DNA from: an uncultured Alcaligenaceae bacterium
GTDB taxonomy: Bacteria; Pseudomonadota; Gammaproteobacteria; Burkholderiales; Casimicrobiaceae
Assembly: GCA_964620265.1 (NCBI GenBank)
Contig: CAZUGY010000002.1
Coordinates: 13,504 to 77,503, forward strand
Direction: 5' to 3'
Length of the DNA: 64,000 nt
Shown: positions 1 through 10,277 of the stretch, piece by piece
Position numbering within the stretch: position 1 is the stretch's first letter
How the letters are laid out: each line of letters starts with the position of its first letter
The notes under the pieces: generated by a model
Database searches by the model: none
What the model was told of the DNA's origin: nothing
The model's input: only the letters and a program-made list of their open reading frames with translations
Program-made: the position numbers and the translations under genes

Positions 1-622
1 CCTCACCTACGTGGCGGCACTCGACCCCATCTGGGTGAACTTCTCCATCTCGCAGAACCAGATGGCGCACTTCCAGGAGCTCGCCGAGAAGAATCTCGTC
101 GTGGCCCCCAAGGACGACAACTTCGACGTCGAGCTCGTGCTGCCCAACGGCAATGCGTTTCCGCAGCGCGGACGCATCGGCTTCGCCGATCCCTCGTTCA
201 GCCCCGACACGGGATCGTTCATGGTGCGCGCGGTGATCCCCAATCCGAAGTCCGAGCTGCGGCCCGGCATGTTCGTCACGGCCCGCCTGCTCGGCGCGGT
301 ACGCCCCAATGCGATCGTGGTGCCGCAGCTCGCCGTGCAGCAGGGCAACAACGGCCACGCCGTGTTCGTGGTGAATGCGAGCGGCGTGGCCGAGGTGCGG
401 CCGGTGATCGTGGGCGACTACATCGGCGAGCGCGACATCGTGGTCCGCACGGGGCTCGCCCAGGGTGACCAGGTGATCGTCGACGGCATGATGCGCGTGG
501 TGCCGGGGCAGCCGGTGCGCATCGCGGCGGCGATCGCGAGCGCTCCCGCGGACGCGACGGCCCCGGGCGCCGCGCCGAAAGCGATCGACAGCGCCAAGGC
601 TTCCGACGCCAAGAAGAAGTAG
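1..622 (+). CDS. RND efflux periplasmic adaptor (MFP), 5'-truncated by the window edge
   Basis: C-terminal AcrA/MexA-like sequence (LDPIWVNFSISQ, GRIGFADP, VIPNPKSELRPGMFV, VPQLAVQQG). The reading frame is open to the window start and the gene sits directly upstream of an RND permease. Confidence 0.93.
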   Translation, partial: LTYVAALDPIWVNFSISQNQMAHFQELAEKNLVVAPKDDNFDVELVLPNGNAFPQRGRIGFADPSFSPDTGSFMVRAVIPNPKSELRPGMFVTARLLGAVRPNAIVVPQLAVQQGNNGHAVFVVNASGVAEVRPVIVGDYIGERDIVVRTGLAQGDQVIVDGMMRVVPGQPVRIAAAIASAPADATAPGAAPKAIDSAKASDAKKK

Positions 623-624
623 CG

Positions 625-3600
625 ATGTTCACGCACTTCTTCATCGACCGGCCGATCCTGTCGTCGGTCATCTCGATCCTGTTCGTGCTCGCGGGCCTCG
701 TGGCGATGTCGGTCGCGCCCATCGAGCAGTATCCGGAGCTGGCACCGCCGTCCGTGGCGATCTCGGCCTCCTATCCCGGCGCCACCGCCGAGGTGATCGC
801 GAACCAGGTGGCCGCGCCCATCGAGGCGCAGATCAACGGGGTGGACAACCTCCTCTACTTCAGCTCGACGAGCTCGTCGTCGGGAAGCGTATCGATCCAG
901 GCGGTGTTCGCGCCGGGCAGCGATCCCGACATCAACCAGGTCAACGTGCAGAACCGCGTGAACCAGGCGCTGTCCCAGCTCCCGCAGGTGGTCACGCAGC
1001 AGGGCGTGACGGTCGAGAAGGTGTCGTCGGCCATCATGATGGTGCTGTCGATCTACTCCAACGACGACCGCTACACGTCGACCTACGTCGACAACTACAC
1101 CAACCTCTACGTCCTCGACGAGCTGAAGCGCGTGCCCGGGGCGAACCGCGCCTCCGTGCTCGGCATGCCCGACATCGCGATGCGCGTGTGGCTGCAGCCC
1201 GACCGCATGGCGCAGCTCGGCATCACGATCCGCGAAGTGTCCGACGCGCTGCAGAGCCAGAACCAGACGTTCGGCATCGGCCAGATCGGCGGCCAGCCCG
1301 CCGTGCCCGGCACGCAGCAGACGTTCGTGATCACGGCGCAGGGCCTGCTCACCCGACCGGAGGAATTCGAGGACGTGATCATCCGCGCCGACAAGGCGGG
1401 GGCGGCCACCGTGCGGCTGCGCGACATCGGCCGCGTGGAGCTCGACAAGCGCGACTACTCGGTGGTGAGCCGCATGAACGGCAAGATCTCCACCACCATC
1501 GCGATCTACCAGCAGCCGGGCGCCAATGCGGTGGCCACCGCCAAGGCCGTGCGCGCGCGCCTGGACGAGCTGCGCAAGTCCTTCCCCACCGGGCTCGACT
1601 ACCGCATCGCGCTCGACACGAGCCTCTTCACGCTGAACTCGATCGAGAAGGTGGTGCACACCTTCTTCGAGGCCGTCGTGCTCGTCGTGCTCGTGGTGTT
1701 CGTGTTCCTGCAGTCGCTGCGCGCCACGATCATCCCGATCCTCGCGGTGCCGGTGTCGATCATCGGCACGTTCGTGGGGATGCACCTGCTCGACTTCTCG
1801 ATCAACATGCTGACGCTCTTCGGCATGATCCTGGCCATCGGCCTCGTGGTGGACGACGCGATCGTGGTGGTCGAGGGTGTGGAGGCCAACATGGCGGAGA
1901 GGCACATCGGGCCGCTCGAGGCCGCCAAGCTCACGATGACGCAAATCGCGAGCGCGCTCATCTCGATCGTGCTGGTGCTCGTGGCGGTGTTCCTGCCGGT
2001 GGCCTTCCTGGGCGGGGTGACCGGCAAGCTCTACCAGCAGTTCGCGGTGACGATCGCGATCTCGATGGTGATTTCCGGGATCATGGCGCTCACGCTTTCG
2101 CCCGCGCTCGCGGCGATCATCCTCAAAGCGCAGCACGGCCAGAAGAACCGCTTCTTCCGCGCCTTCGAGCGCGGGTTCGAGAAGGTCCGCGACGGCTACC
2201 TGGGCATCATCGCGCGCACGCTGCGCGGCTGGCCGCTCGCGCTCATCGCCTTCGCCTTCATCCTCGCCGGCATCTGGGTCATGTTCCGCACGCTGCCGTC
2301 GAGCTTCGTGCCGGAGGAGGACCAGGGCTACTTCTTCACGGCGATCGTGGCGCCGGACACGGCGAGCCTCGAGGTCACCACGGCCATCACGCGGCGCGTG
2401 CAGGAGATCGTGTCGGCCGATCCGGCGGTGCAGGACGTGGCGTCGGTGGCGGGCTACAGCCTCCTCGACGGGCAGCTCGCCAACAACGGCGGGATCCTCT
2501 TCGCGTCGCTCAAGCCCTTCGAGCAGCGCACCGACGCGTCGATGCTCTCCTTTGCCGTGCTGCCGCGGATCAACGCCAAGCTGATGGAGATCCGGGACGC
2601 CTTCACCATCGCGATCAATCCGCCGTCGATCCCGGGCATGGGGTCCGTGGGCGGCTTCGAGTTCTACCTGCAAAGCCGCGGCAACCTCGATGCGCGCGCG
2701 CTGGGTGACGCGGTGAACGTGCTGATCGCCAAGGCCCGCGAGCGGCCCGAGCTGCAGGGCGTGTCGACCACCTATCGTCCGGCGACGCAGCAGCTCTTCG
2801 TGGACCTCGACCGCAGCAAGGCCGAGGTGCTGGGCGTGACGGTGTCGGAAGCGTTCGCCACGATGCAGGCGTTCTTCGGCTCGCAGGTGGTGGGCCAGTT
2901 CTCGCAGTTCTCGCGCGTGTGGTGGGTGATCCTGCAGGCCGATGCGAGCTACCGCATGAAGCCGTCGGACTTCGACAAGATCTTCGTGCGCTCGAGAAGC
3001 GGCGCCAACGTGCCGCTGTCGGCCCTCATCACCACGAAGTATGTCGCCTCGCCCAAGCTCGTGACGCGCTTCAACGGCTTCACGTCGGTCAAGATCACGG
3101 GCTCGCAGGCGCCGGGCTACAGCTCGGGCCAGGCGCTCGTCGCGATGGAGGAGATCGCACGCGAGCTGCCGGGCGATTTTTCCTACGCCTGGGCGGGACA
3201 GGCGCTGCAGGAGAAGCAATCGGGCAGCACGTCGAGCTCCGCCTTCATCTTCGGCCTGATCCTCGTGTTCCTGCTGCTCGCCGCGCAGTTCGAGAAGTGG
3301 ACGCTGCCGATCGCGGTCGTGCTCACGATCCCGATCGCGGTGCTGGGCGCGCTGCTGCTCACCTGGGCCGTGGGGCTCGAGAACGACGTGTATTTCCAGG
3401 TGGGGCTGGTGACGCTCGTGGGCCTGTCGGCCAAGAACGCGATCCTCATCTGCGAGGTGGCCATCGAGCACGTGCGCGAGGGCATGCCGCCGCGCGAGGC
3501 GGCGCTCGCCGCCGCCAGGGCGCGCCTGCGCGCGATCGTGATGACCTCGCTCGCCTTCGGCTTCGGCTGCATCCCGCTGGCCATCGCCACCGGCGCCGGT

Positions 3601-3810
3601 GCCAACAGCCTGCGCGCGATCGGCACCGGCGTGATCGGCGGGATACTCGCGTCGATGCTGGTGGCGGTGATCTTCGCGCCGCTCTTCTTCTTCCTGCTGG
3701 AATCGATGTCGCAGCGCTTCACGCGCCGGAAGGATGGCGGGCCGGACGCGCGCGACGGCGCCGTGCCGGCGGGGGACGAGGGAACCGCGCCGTCGTCGGG
3801 AGCGCACTGA
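625..3810 (+). CDS. HAE1-family RND efflux permease (AcrB/MexB-like)
   Basis: 1061 aa. Starts MFTHFFIDRPILSSVIS and carries the proton-relay motifs GLVVDDAIVVVE, GLSAKNAIL and RLRAIVMTSLAF. Confidence 0.96.
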   Translation: MFTHFFIDRPILSSVISILFVLAGLVAMSVAPIEQYPELAPPSVAISASYPGATAEVIANQVAAPIEAQINGVDNLLYFSSTSSSSGSVSIQAVFAPGSDPDINQVNVQNRVNQALSQLPQVVTQQGVTVEKVSSAIMMVLSIYSNDDRYTSTYVDNYTNLYVLDELKRVPGANRASVLGMPDIAMRVWLQPDRMAQLGITIREVSDALQSQNQTFGIGQIGGQPAVPGTQQTFVITAQGLLTRPEEFEDVIIRADKAGAATVRLRDIGRVELDKRDYSVVSRMNGKISTTIAIYQQPGANAVATAKAVRARLDELRKSFPTGLDYRIALDTSLFTLNSIEKVVHTFFEAVVLVVLVVFVFLQSLRATIIPILAVPVSIIGTFVGMHLLDFSINMLTLFGMILAIGLVVDDAIVVVEGVEANMAERHIGPLEAAKLTMTQIASALISIVLVLVAVFLPVAFLGGVTGKLYQQFAVTIAISMVISGIMALTLSPALAAIILKAQHGQKNRFFRAFERGFEKVRDGYLGIIARTLRGWPLALIAFAFILAGIWVMFRTLPSSFVPEEDQGYFFTAIVAPDTASLEVTTAITRRVQEIVSADPAVQDVASVAGYSLLDGQLANNGGILFASLKPFEQRTDASMLSFAVLPRINAKLMEIRDAFTIAINPPSIPGMGSVGGFEFYLQSRGNLDARALGDAVNVLIAKARERPELQGVSTTYRPATQQLFVDLDRSKAEVLGVTVSEAFATMQAFFGSQVVGQFSQFSRVWWVILQADASYRMKPSDFDKIFVRSRSGANVPLSALITTKYVASPKLVTRFNGFTSVKITGSQAPGYSSGQALVAMEEIARELPGDFSYAWAGQALQEKQSGSTSSSAFIFGLILVFLLLAAQFEKWTLPIAVVLTIPIAVLGALLLTWAVGLENDVYFQVGLVTLVGLSAKNAILICEVAIEHVREGMPPREAALAAARARLRAIVMTSLAFGFGCIPLAIATGAGANSLRAIGTGVIGGILASMLVAVIFAPLFFFLLESMSQRFTRRKDGGPDARDGAVPAGDEGTAPSSGAH

Positions 3811-3811
3811 C

Positions 3812-5329
3812 ATGGCCGCGCTCCCTTCGCGCACGAAACCTCCCCGCAGCCGGCGTGCGCGCCTGCGCGACGCGGCTCGCCTCGCCGCGTCGTGCGCGGC
3901 GCTCGCGCTCGCCGCCTGCACCCTGGGCCCGGATTACGTCCAGCCCGTGGTGGAGACGCCGCCCGCGTGGCGCGTGACCTACGAAACGGCCGCCGGCGCG
4001 GCCAACACGCGCTGGTGGGAGCAGTTCGACGACCCGGTGCTCACCGGCCTCGTCGAGAGCGCCTTGCGCGAGAACCTCGACCTCGTGACCGCAGCGGCGC
4101 GCGTGGACGCCTTCATCGGGCAATTGCAGACCACGCGCGCGCAGCTCTACCCGAAAGCGAGCTACAACCTCGATACGAGTCGCAATCGCATGTCGCTCGC
4201 GGGCACGCCGCCGTCGCCTGAAGGCACCGACCCCTACTATTCGATCTACAGCGGCGCGCTCGGCGCGTCGTGGCAGCTCGACCTTTTCGGCCGCGTGCGG
4301 CGGCAATCGGAGTCGGCGCAGGCACGCGTCTTTGCCACCGAGCAGGGGCGACGCGGCGTGGTGCTGTCGGTGGTCACCAGCATGGCGGCGAGCTACATCG
4401 CGCTGCGCGGGTTCGACAAGCAACTCGAGGTCTCGCAGCGAACTGCCGAGAATGCGGCGAACACGCTGCGCATCTTCGGCCTTCGCCACCAGGGAGGCGT
4501 GGTCTCGCGCGTCGAGCTCGAGCAGGCGCAGTCGCAGTACCAGCAGGCGCTCGCGGCGATCCCGGCCGTCGAGCAGCGCATCGCCGCGCAGGAGAATCTC
4601 ATCGCCACGCTGCAGGGCCGCAGCCCCTATCCGATTCCGCGCGGGAAGACGATCGACCAGCTCACGCTGCCGGCGATACCCGCCGACCTGCCGGCGTCGC
4701 TCCTCACGCGCCGTCCCGACATCCTGCAAGCCGAGCAGAACATGATCGCGGCCAACGCCGAAATCGGCGCGGCGGAGGCGCTCTACTACCCGCAGTTCAA
4801 CCTCACCGGGTCGCTCGGATCGGTCAGTGGCGCGCTCACGAACTTCCTGAGCGGTCCGGCCGCGACCTGGGCGCTCGCCGCGGCCGTTGCGGGGCCGCTG
4901 TTCACCGCCGGCTCCGTCGCGGGCCAGGTGGCCAGTGCCACGGCCACCACCGAGGCCACGGTCGCCGTCTACCGGCAAACGATCCTCATCGCCTTCCGCG
5001 AGACGAACGACGCGCTCGCGGGCACCGTCAAGAAACGCGCCGAGGCCGCCGCGCAGGCCAGGCGCGTGAAAGCGCTGAGCGAGCTGGCGCGCCTGTCGCG
5101 CGTGCGCTTCAACAGTGGCTACGGCGGCTACCTCGAGGTCATGTATGCGGAGAACGAGCTCTTCGCCGCCGAGCTCGCCGCCGTGCAGTCGTATTCCGAA
5201 GCCTACACGCAGCTCGTGGCGGTCTATCGCGCGATGGGCGGTGGCTGGATCGACCTCGCCGACGCCGGAACCGCCGCCGGCGGCGCCCCGCCGCTCGACG
5301 AGCGGGCGGCGAAGCAGCCCCTCTTCTAG
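3812..5329 (+). CDS. Outer-membrane efflux factor lipoprotein (OprM/NodT family)
   Basis: ATG at 3812 follows the permease stop. Lipobox LAAC-TLGPDY, SWQLDLFGR, LLTRRPDILQAE and YRAMGGGW are present. Confidence 0.94.
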   Translation: MAALPSRTKPPRSRRARLRDAARLAASCAALALAACTLGPDYVQPVVETPPAWRVTYETAAGAANTRWWEQFDDPVLTGLVESALRENLDLVTAAARVDAFIGQLQTTRAQLYPKASYNLDTSRNRMSLAGTPPSPEGTDPYYSIYSGALGASWQLDLFGRVRRQSESAQARVFATEQGRRGVVLSVVTSMAASYIALRGFDKQLEVSQRTAENAANTLRIFGLRHQGGVVSRVELEQAQSQYQQALAAIPAVEQRIAAQENLIATLQGRSPYPIPRGKTIDQLTLPAIPADLPASLLTRRPDILQAEQNMIAANAEIGAAEALYYPQFNLTGSLGSVSGALTNFLSGPAATWALAAAVAGPLFTAGSVAGQVASATATTEATVAVYRQTILIAFRETNDALAGTVKKRAEAAAQARRVKALSELARLSRVRFNSGYGGYLEVMYAENELFAAELAAVQSYSEAYTQLVAVYRAMGGGWIDLADAGTAAGGAPPLDERAAKQPLF

Positions 5330-6351
5330 CGCCCCGGGCGCGTCGGGCCCCTGGCGTTGCGTCCGGCACGCCGGGACGAAGGCGTCGCATCGTATTGCCG
5401 GCGGTACCAGTGGGAGAACCCGCTCGAGCCCGAGAAGCCGAGCAGCGTCGCGATCTCGGCGAGGCTGCGCCGGTCCTCGAGATAGCGTTCCGCGAGCTCG
5501 CGCCGCACGGCGTCGACGATGCCCGAGAACGTCGCGCCGTCCTTCGCGAGGCGGCGGTGGATCGTGCGCCGGTCCACCCCCAGGTGCTGCGCGGCGCGGT
5601 CGATCGTGCACGCGCCGGTGCCGAGCAGGGTCACGACGAGATCGCGCACCTGGGCCGCGATGTCCTCCTGCGCGCGCACGGCGCGCTGCCCGTCGAGCAT
5701 GCGCTGCGCGAGGCGCGCGAGCTCCGGGTCGGCGTGGGCATTGGGGCGCGCGAGATCCGCCAGCGCGCACACGATGCCGTTGAAGTCGTGGCCGAACTCG
5801 ACGTGACGCCCGAAGATGCGCTCGTGGATCGTGCGATCCGCGGGCGGATCGTGCGCGAAGCAGACGCGGCGCGGTCGCCAGTCGCTGCCGAGCAGGTTCT
5901 GCAGCGTGCGAAAGGCGACGCCGATCGCGAGCTCGGTCGCCTGGCGCACGGGGCCGCCGTGCCCGATTACCAGCAGCTCGCGCAGGACGAGCACGTCGGC
6001 GGCTTCCTCGATGGTGAGGTGCAGCGACTCGTTCAGGCGCCACCCGTGCTCGACGAAGGCCTGCAGCGCGAGCCGCGGCGTGGGCTGCTCGCGGATCAGG
6101 AGGCCGAGCGGCCCGAGGCTCGACAGCCGCCGCGTCTCCGCCATGAGCAGGCCAAAGGCGTCGACGCCGCTCCTGCCCGCCGACGCCTCGAGCAGCGCGC
6201 GGACGGCATCGATGGGAACGACCACCTCCGGGTCCTCGAGGCAGCGCGCGGGAAGGGCGAACTCGCGCAGCATGCACGCCGGATCGAGGCCGCAGGCGCG
6301 CGCCACGTCCGCGTAATTGGTGAGGCTCGCGCTCCTGATGAGGCCGTTCAC
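5326..6351 (-). CDS. AraC-family transcriptional regulator (OruR/VirS-like N-terminal ligand domain)
   Basis: LIRSASLTNY N-terminus and a C-terminal double HTH (AAQHLGVDRRTIHRRL; IATLLGFSGSSGFSHWYRR). The GTG at 6351 has a GGAGG RBS; the ORF track start at 6360 is an alternative. Confidence 0.9.
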   Translation of the reverse strand: MNGLIRSASLTNYADVARACGLDPACMLREFALPARCLEDPEVVVPIDAVRALLEASAGRSGVDAFGLLMAETRRLSSLGPLGLLIREQPTPRLALQAFVEHGWRLNESLHLTIEEAADVLVLRELLVIGHGGPVRQATELAIGVAFRTLQNLLGSDWRPRRVCFAHDPPADRTIHERIFGRHVEFGHDFNGIVCALADLARPNAHADPELARLAQRMLDGQRAVRAQEDIAAQVRDLVVTLLGTGACTIDRAAQHLGVDRRTIHRRLAKDGATFSGIVDAVRRELAERYLEDRRSLAEIATLLGFSGSSGFSHWYRRQYDATPSSRRAGRNARGPTRPGR

Positions 6352-6368
6352 GCCGGACACCTCCCCGC

Positions 6369-6431
6369 GTCCCGAATGAGCAAGTTTACGTCACAGGGGA
6401 TCAACCACCAATGGAGGGTGGCGCCGACAAT
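6369..6431 (+). promoter_or_regulatory. AraC-type activated promoter P1: two GTC-N9-CAA direct repeats 21 bp apart, plus -10-like GACAAT
   Basis: GTCccgaatgagCAA at 6369-6383, GTCacaggggatCAA at 6390-6404, GACAAT at 6426-6431. The same geometry recurs at 11171-11233. Confidence 0.7.
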
Positions 6432-6479
6432 GGCATCCGTCCCCCAAGTCCCCCACGAACACCCGAGCGCTCCCGCCCG

Positions 6480-7805
6480 ATGGCTCTCCACGCCGCCGCC
6501 TTCGACCTCGCACCCGACCGTCCCGCGCCGCGCCGGTACGCATGGACGGTGTTCGGCGTGCTGTTCGCGCTCATGGTGGTCGACTACGTCGACCGCCAGG
6601 TCATCGTGTCGATGTTCTCGCACCTCAAGGCGGAGTGGGACCTCTCCGACGGCCAGCTCGGCGCGCTCGTGTCGATCGTCTCCGTGACCGTCGCCGCCGG
6701 CGCCGTGCCGCTCTCGCTGCTCGCGGATCGCTGGAGCCGCGTCAAGAGCATCTTCCTGATGGCGGTGGTGTGGAGCCTCGCCACGATCTCGTGTGCATTC
6801 GCGGGCAGCTACATGCAGCTCTTCGCCGCGCGCGGGCTGGTGGGGCTGGGCGAGGCGGCCTACGGGACCGTGGGCGCCGCGCTGATCGCGACGCTGTTTC
6901 CCGTACGCATGCGCAGCTCCGTGCTCGGGGCGTTCTTCCTGGCCGGCATCCTGGGCTCGGTGCTGGGCGTGGTCCTGGGCGGCCTCATCGCGGAGCGCTG
7001 GAGCTGGCAGGCCGGCTTCGGCGTGGTCGGCGTGCCGGGCCTCCTCCTCGCCTTCGTGTTCCTGTTCGTCGTGCGCGATTACAAGACGGTCCCGCTGCCG
7101 CGGGCGAGCGGCAGCGGCAGCCGGGCCGCGCTCGCCACGCGCGCCATCGTCGCGGCACTGCTGAAGCCGCGCACGGCGCTCGTCGCGTCGCTCGGCGCGG
7201 GCTTCCAGCTCCTCACGCTGTCGATGACCTATGCATGGCTGCCGACGTACTTCAACCGCTACTACGGCCTCGCGCCGGACGTGGCGGGATTGAAGGCGGG
7301 CGTCGTCGTCCTCGTCGGCGGGATCGGCGCCTTCGTGTGGGGCGTGGTGGCGGACCGCCTGACGCCGCGCATCGCCTGCGCCCGCCTGTACGTGCCCGCG
7401 GTGGGTGCCGTCCTGACGGCGATCCTGATGGGCAGCGCCTTCGGGCTGCTGCCGCCCGGCAATGCGCAATTCGCGCTGATCGTCGCCGGCGGCCTCATGA
7501 TGGCCGTGAACGTCGGCCCCATCAGCGCGGCCGTGATCGACGTCGTGCATCCGTCGGTGCGGGCGACGGCCGCCTCGATCCTTTCGCTGATCCAGAACCT
7601 GTTCGGCCTCGCCGGCGGGCCGCTGCTCACCGGCATGCTGTCGGACCGCTACGGGCTGCAGTTCGCGCTCACCTGCGTGCCCGCCTTCTGCCTGCTGGCC
7701 GCGATCCTGTTCGCGCTCGCCGCACGGACCTACGTCTTCGACCTCCGCCAGGCGCAGCAAGTGGATGCCGCCGAGCGCGGCGCCGGCGCGCTGCAACCCG
7801 CGTGA
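6480..7805 (+). CDS. MFS transporter (spinster-like / aromatic acid:H+ symporter-like)
   Basis: 12 hydrophobic segments. Motifs VDYVDRQVI, LADRWSRVK, GLGEAAY and LSDRYG. Confidence 0.92.
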   Translation: MALHAAAFDLAPDRPAPRRYAWTVFGVLFALMVVDYVDRQVIVSMFSHLKAEWDLSDGQLGALVSIVSVTVAAGAVPLSLLADRWSRVKSIFLMAVVWSLATISCAFAGSYMQLFAARGLVGLGEAAYGTVGAALIATLFPVRMRSSVLGAFFLAGILGSVLGVVLGGLIAERWSWQAGFGVVGVPGLLLAFVFLFVVRDYKTVPLPRASGSGSRAALATRAIVAALLKPRTALVASLGAGFQLLTLSMTYAWLPTYFNRYYGLAPDVAGLKAGVVVLVGGIGAFVWGVVADRLTPRIACARLYVPAVGAVLTAILMGSAFGLLPPGNAQFALIVAGGLMMAVNVGPISAAVIDVVHPSVRATAASILSLIQNLFGLAGGPLLTGMLSDRYGLQFALTCVPAFCLLAAILFALAARTYVFDLRQAQQVDAAERGAGALQPA

Positions 7806-8221
7806 TGAAGAAGAAGATGAACACCCCCGCCGTCCACGATCCGCTGCCGACGCGCACGCAGCGCCTCGCGAGCGGGAACTGGAATCCCGACTGGGAGCCG
7901 TTCGCGCAGATCGATCCGGCGTGGACCGAGAAAGCCATCGCCTTCGCGATCGCGCCCGCGGTTGCCGGCGCGCTCGACAAGAAGACGATCGAGCTCATCG
8001 GCATCGCGCTCGACGCCTCGGTCACGCACCTGTACGCCCCCGGCGTGCGCCGCCACATCCAGCGCGCGCTGAAGGCAGGGGCCACGCGCGAGGAAATCAC
8101 CGCCGTGCTGCAACTGTGCTGCATGCAGGGCCTGCACAGCATGTGCCTCGCCGCGCCGATCCTCCTCGACGAGCTCGGCGAGGCGCCATCGACCATCACC
8201 ACCGAGAGGACCCGACCATGA
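7805..8221 (+). CDS. Carboxymuconolactone decarboxylase / AhpD-like family protein (no CxxC)
   Basis: The ATG overlaps the MFS stop (alternative ATG at 7817). LDKKTIELIGIALDA...HIQRALKAGATREEITAVL fits the CMD family pattern. Confidence 0.8.
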   Translation: MKKKMNTPAVHDPLPTRTQRLASGNWNPDWEPFAQIDPAWTEKAIAFAIAPAVAGALDKKTIELIGIALDASVTHLYAPGVRRHIQRALKAGATREEITAVLQLCCMQGLHSMCLAAPILLDELGEAPSTITTERTRP

Positions 8222-9276
8222 ACTTCCTAGACGGATCGCTGTTCCCCGAGAACCAGGACAAGCTCGTCATCACCGCCGCGCCGTACGGCCCCGAGTGGGT
8301 GCCGGCCGACTTTCCGGAGGACATCCCGGTCACGATGGAAGCGCAGATCCAGAAGGCGGTGGACTGCTACAACGCGGGGGCTGCCGTGCTGCACCTGCAC
8401 GTGCGCGAGCTCGACGGCAAGGGCAGCAAGCGGCTGTCGAAGTTCAACGAGCTGATCGCCGGCGTGCGCCGCGCCGTGCCGGACATGGTCATCCAGGTCG
8501 GCGGCTCGATCTCCTTCGCACCGGAGACCGAAGGCTCCGCCGCCAAGTGGCTGTCCGACGACACGCGCCACATGCTGGCCGAGCTCGACCCGCGGCCGGA
8601 CCAGGTCACGGTGACCGTGAACACCACGCAGATGAACGTCGTGGAGCAGATGGAGATCGACGACATCGCCGGCACGTCGATGGCGGAGCCTGCGAACTAC
8701 CAGGCCTACCGCGAGATGATCGTCCCCTCCGCCCCGAGCTGGGTCGAGGAGCACGTGCGCCGCCTGAGCGCCGCCGGCATCCAGAGCGCCTTCCAGTTCT
8801 ACAACATCAACAGCTACGAGACCGTGGAGCGCCTGATCCGCCGCGGCGTCTACAAGGGCCCGCTGGTGATGAACTGGGTGGCGATCGGCGGCGGGATGGA
8901 CCAGCCGACGATCTACAGCCTGTCCAATTTCCTGCGCGCCATTCCCGACGGCTCGATGCTGACCGTGGAGAGCAGCATGCGCAATGTGCTGCCGATCAAC
9001 ATGATGGGCATCGCCATGGGCCTGCACGTGCGCTGCGGCATCGAGGACAACCTCTGGAACCAGTCGCGCACGGCCAGGATGACCACCGTGCAGCAGATCG
9101 AGCAGCTGGTGCGCATCGCCGGCGAGTTCGGCCGTGACGTGGCCAACGGCAGGGAGGCGCGCGAGATCTGCAAGATCGGCGTGTTCTACGATACAGTGGA
9201 ACAGACGCTGGCCGCCAATGGCTTCGCCCCGAACGCCAGGGGCCGCCAGCAGGGTTTCCTGCGCAAGGTCGCGTGA
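8218..9276 (+). CDS. Beta-keto acid cleavage enzyme (3-keto-5-aminohexanoate cleavage / DUF849 family)
   Basis: ITAAPYG start, metal-binding LHLHVR, IQVGGS and HVRCGIEDNLW. ATGA overlap with the upstream gene. Confidence 0.88.
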   Translation: MNFLDGSLFPENQDKLVITAAPYGPEWVPADFPEDIPVTMEAQIQKAVDCYNAGAAVLHLHVRELDGKGSKRLSKFNELIAGVRRAVPDMVIQVGGSISFAPETEGSAAKWLSDDTRHMLAELDPRPDQVTVTVNTTQMNVVEQMEIDDIAGTSMAEPANYQAYREMIVPSAPSWVEEHVRRLSAAGIQSAFQFYNINSYETVERLIRRGVYKGPLVMNWVAIGGGMDQPTIYSLSNFLRAIPDGSMLTVESSMRNVLPINMMGIAMGLHVRCGIEDNLWNQSRTARMTTVQQIEQLVRIAGEFGRDVANGREAREICKIGVFYDTVEQTLAANGFAPNARGRQQGFLRKVA

Positions 9277-9284
9277 GGATGACC

Positions 9285-10277
9285 ATGGCACAAGCGATCC
9301 GCATGTACGCGACGGGCGGGCCCGAAGTGCTGCGCCTCGAGGAGGTCGCGGTGGGCGATCCCGGGCCCGGCCAGGCGCGCATCCGGCACGTCGCCGTCGG
9401 CCTCAATTTCGCCGACACCTACTTCCGCAGCGGCCTCTATCCGGTCCCGTTGCCGAACGGCATCGGTGTGGAAGCCGCGGGCATCGTCGAGAGCGTCGGC
9501 GACGGCGTGACCAACGTCGCGCCGGGCGATCGCGTGACGTACACGGGATTCGTCAACACGCTCGGCGCGTACAGCACCAAGCGCATCATCGCGGCGGCGC
9601 CGCTCATCAAGCTGCCCCCCGCCATCGCGTGCGAGACCGCCGCCGCGATGACCATGCGCGGGCTCACGTCGGCGTACCTGATGCGGCGCATCTGGCCGCT
9701 CCACGCGGGCGACACGATCCTGCTCCACGCGGCCGCGGGCGGCGTCGGCCTCATCGTCTCGCAGTGGGCGAAGCTGCTCGGGCTCGGCGTCATCGGCACG
9801 GTGTCGACGCCAGCCAAGGCCGATATCGCCCTCGCGCACGGATGCGACCACGTGATCCTCTACGGCCGGGAGGATGTCGCGGCGCGCGTGCGCGAGATCA
9901 CCGGCGGCGCCGGCGTGGCGGTGGTCTACGACAGCGTGGGCAAGGACACGTTCGCGGGCTCGCTCGCGTCGCTGCGCCGGCGCGGGCTGCTCGTGTGCGT
10001 CGGCACGGCGTCGGGTCCCATCCCGCCGATCGACGCGATGCAGCTGGCGCTGAAGGGATCGCTGTTCGTCACCCGCCCGGCGCTGGCCGACTACATCGCC
10101 GATCCGGCGGAGAAGGACGCGCTCGCCGCGGAGCTCTTCGACCACGTGGCGGCAGGACGCATCAGGATCGAGATCAACCAGCGCTACCGCCTCGAGGATG
10201 CGGCGCAGGCGCATCGCGACCTCGAGTCGCGCCGGACCATGGGCTCGTCCATCTTCGAGGTGACCTCACATGACTAA
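9285..10277 (+). CDS. NADPH:quinone oxidoreductase (Zn-independent MDR family, Qor-like)
   Basis: AIRMYATGGPEVL, GLNFADTYFRSGLY, HAAAGGVGL, VYDSVGKDTF and LESRRTMGS. A GAGGA RBS precedes the ATG at 9285. Confidence 0.92.
   Translation: MAQAIRMYATGGPEVLRLEEVAVGDPGPGQARIRHVAVGLNFADTYFRSGLYPVPLPNGIGVEAAGIVESVGDGVTNVAPGDRVTYTGFVNTLGAYSTKRIIAAAPLIKLPPAIACETAAAMTMRGLTSAYLMRRIWPLHAGDTILLHAAAGGVGLIVSQWAKLLGLGVIGTVSTPAKADIALAHGCDHVILYGREDVAARVREITGGAGVAVVYDSVGKDTFAGSLASLRRRGLLVCVGTASGPIPPIDAMQLALKGSLFVTRPALADYIADPAEKDALAAELFDHVAAGRIRIEINQRYRLEDAAQAHRDLESRRTMGSSIFEVTSHD

Noticed and set aside
418-3921. 1167-aa minus-strand ORF, and similar giant antisense ORFs (24775-29964, 12131-15319, 16541-19360, 35688-40418)
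   Set aside because: They lie antisense to well-supported genes, have Arg/Ala/His-biased composition and carry no motifs. These are shadow ORFs expected from high GC3 codon bias.
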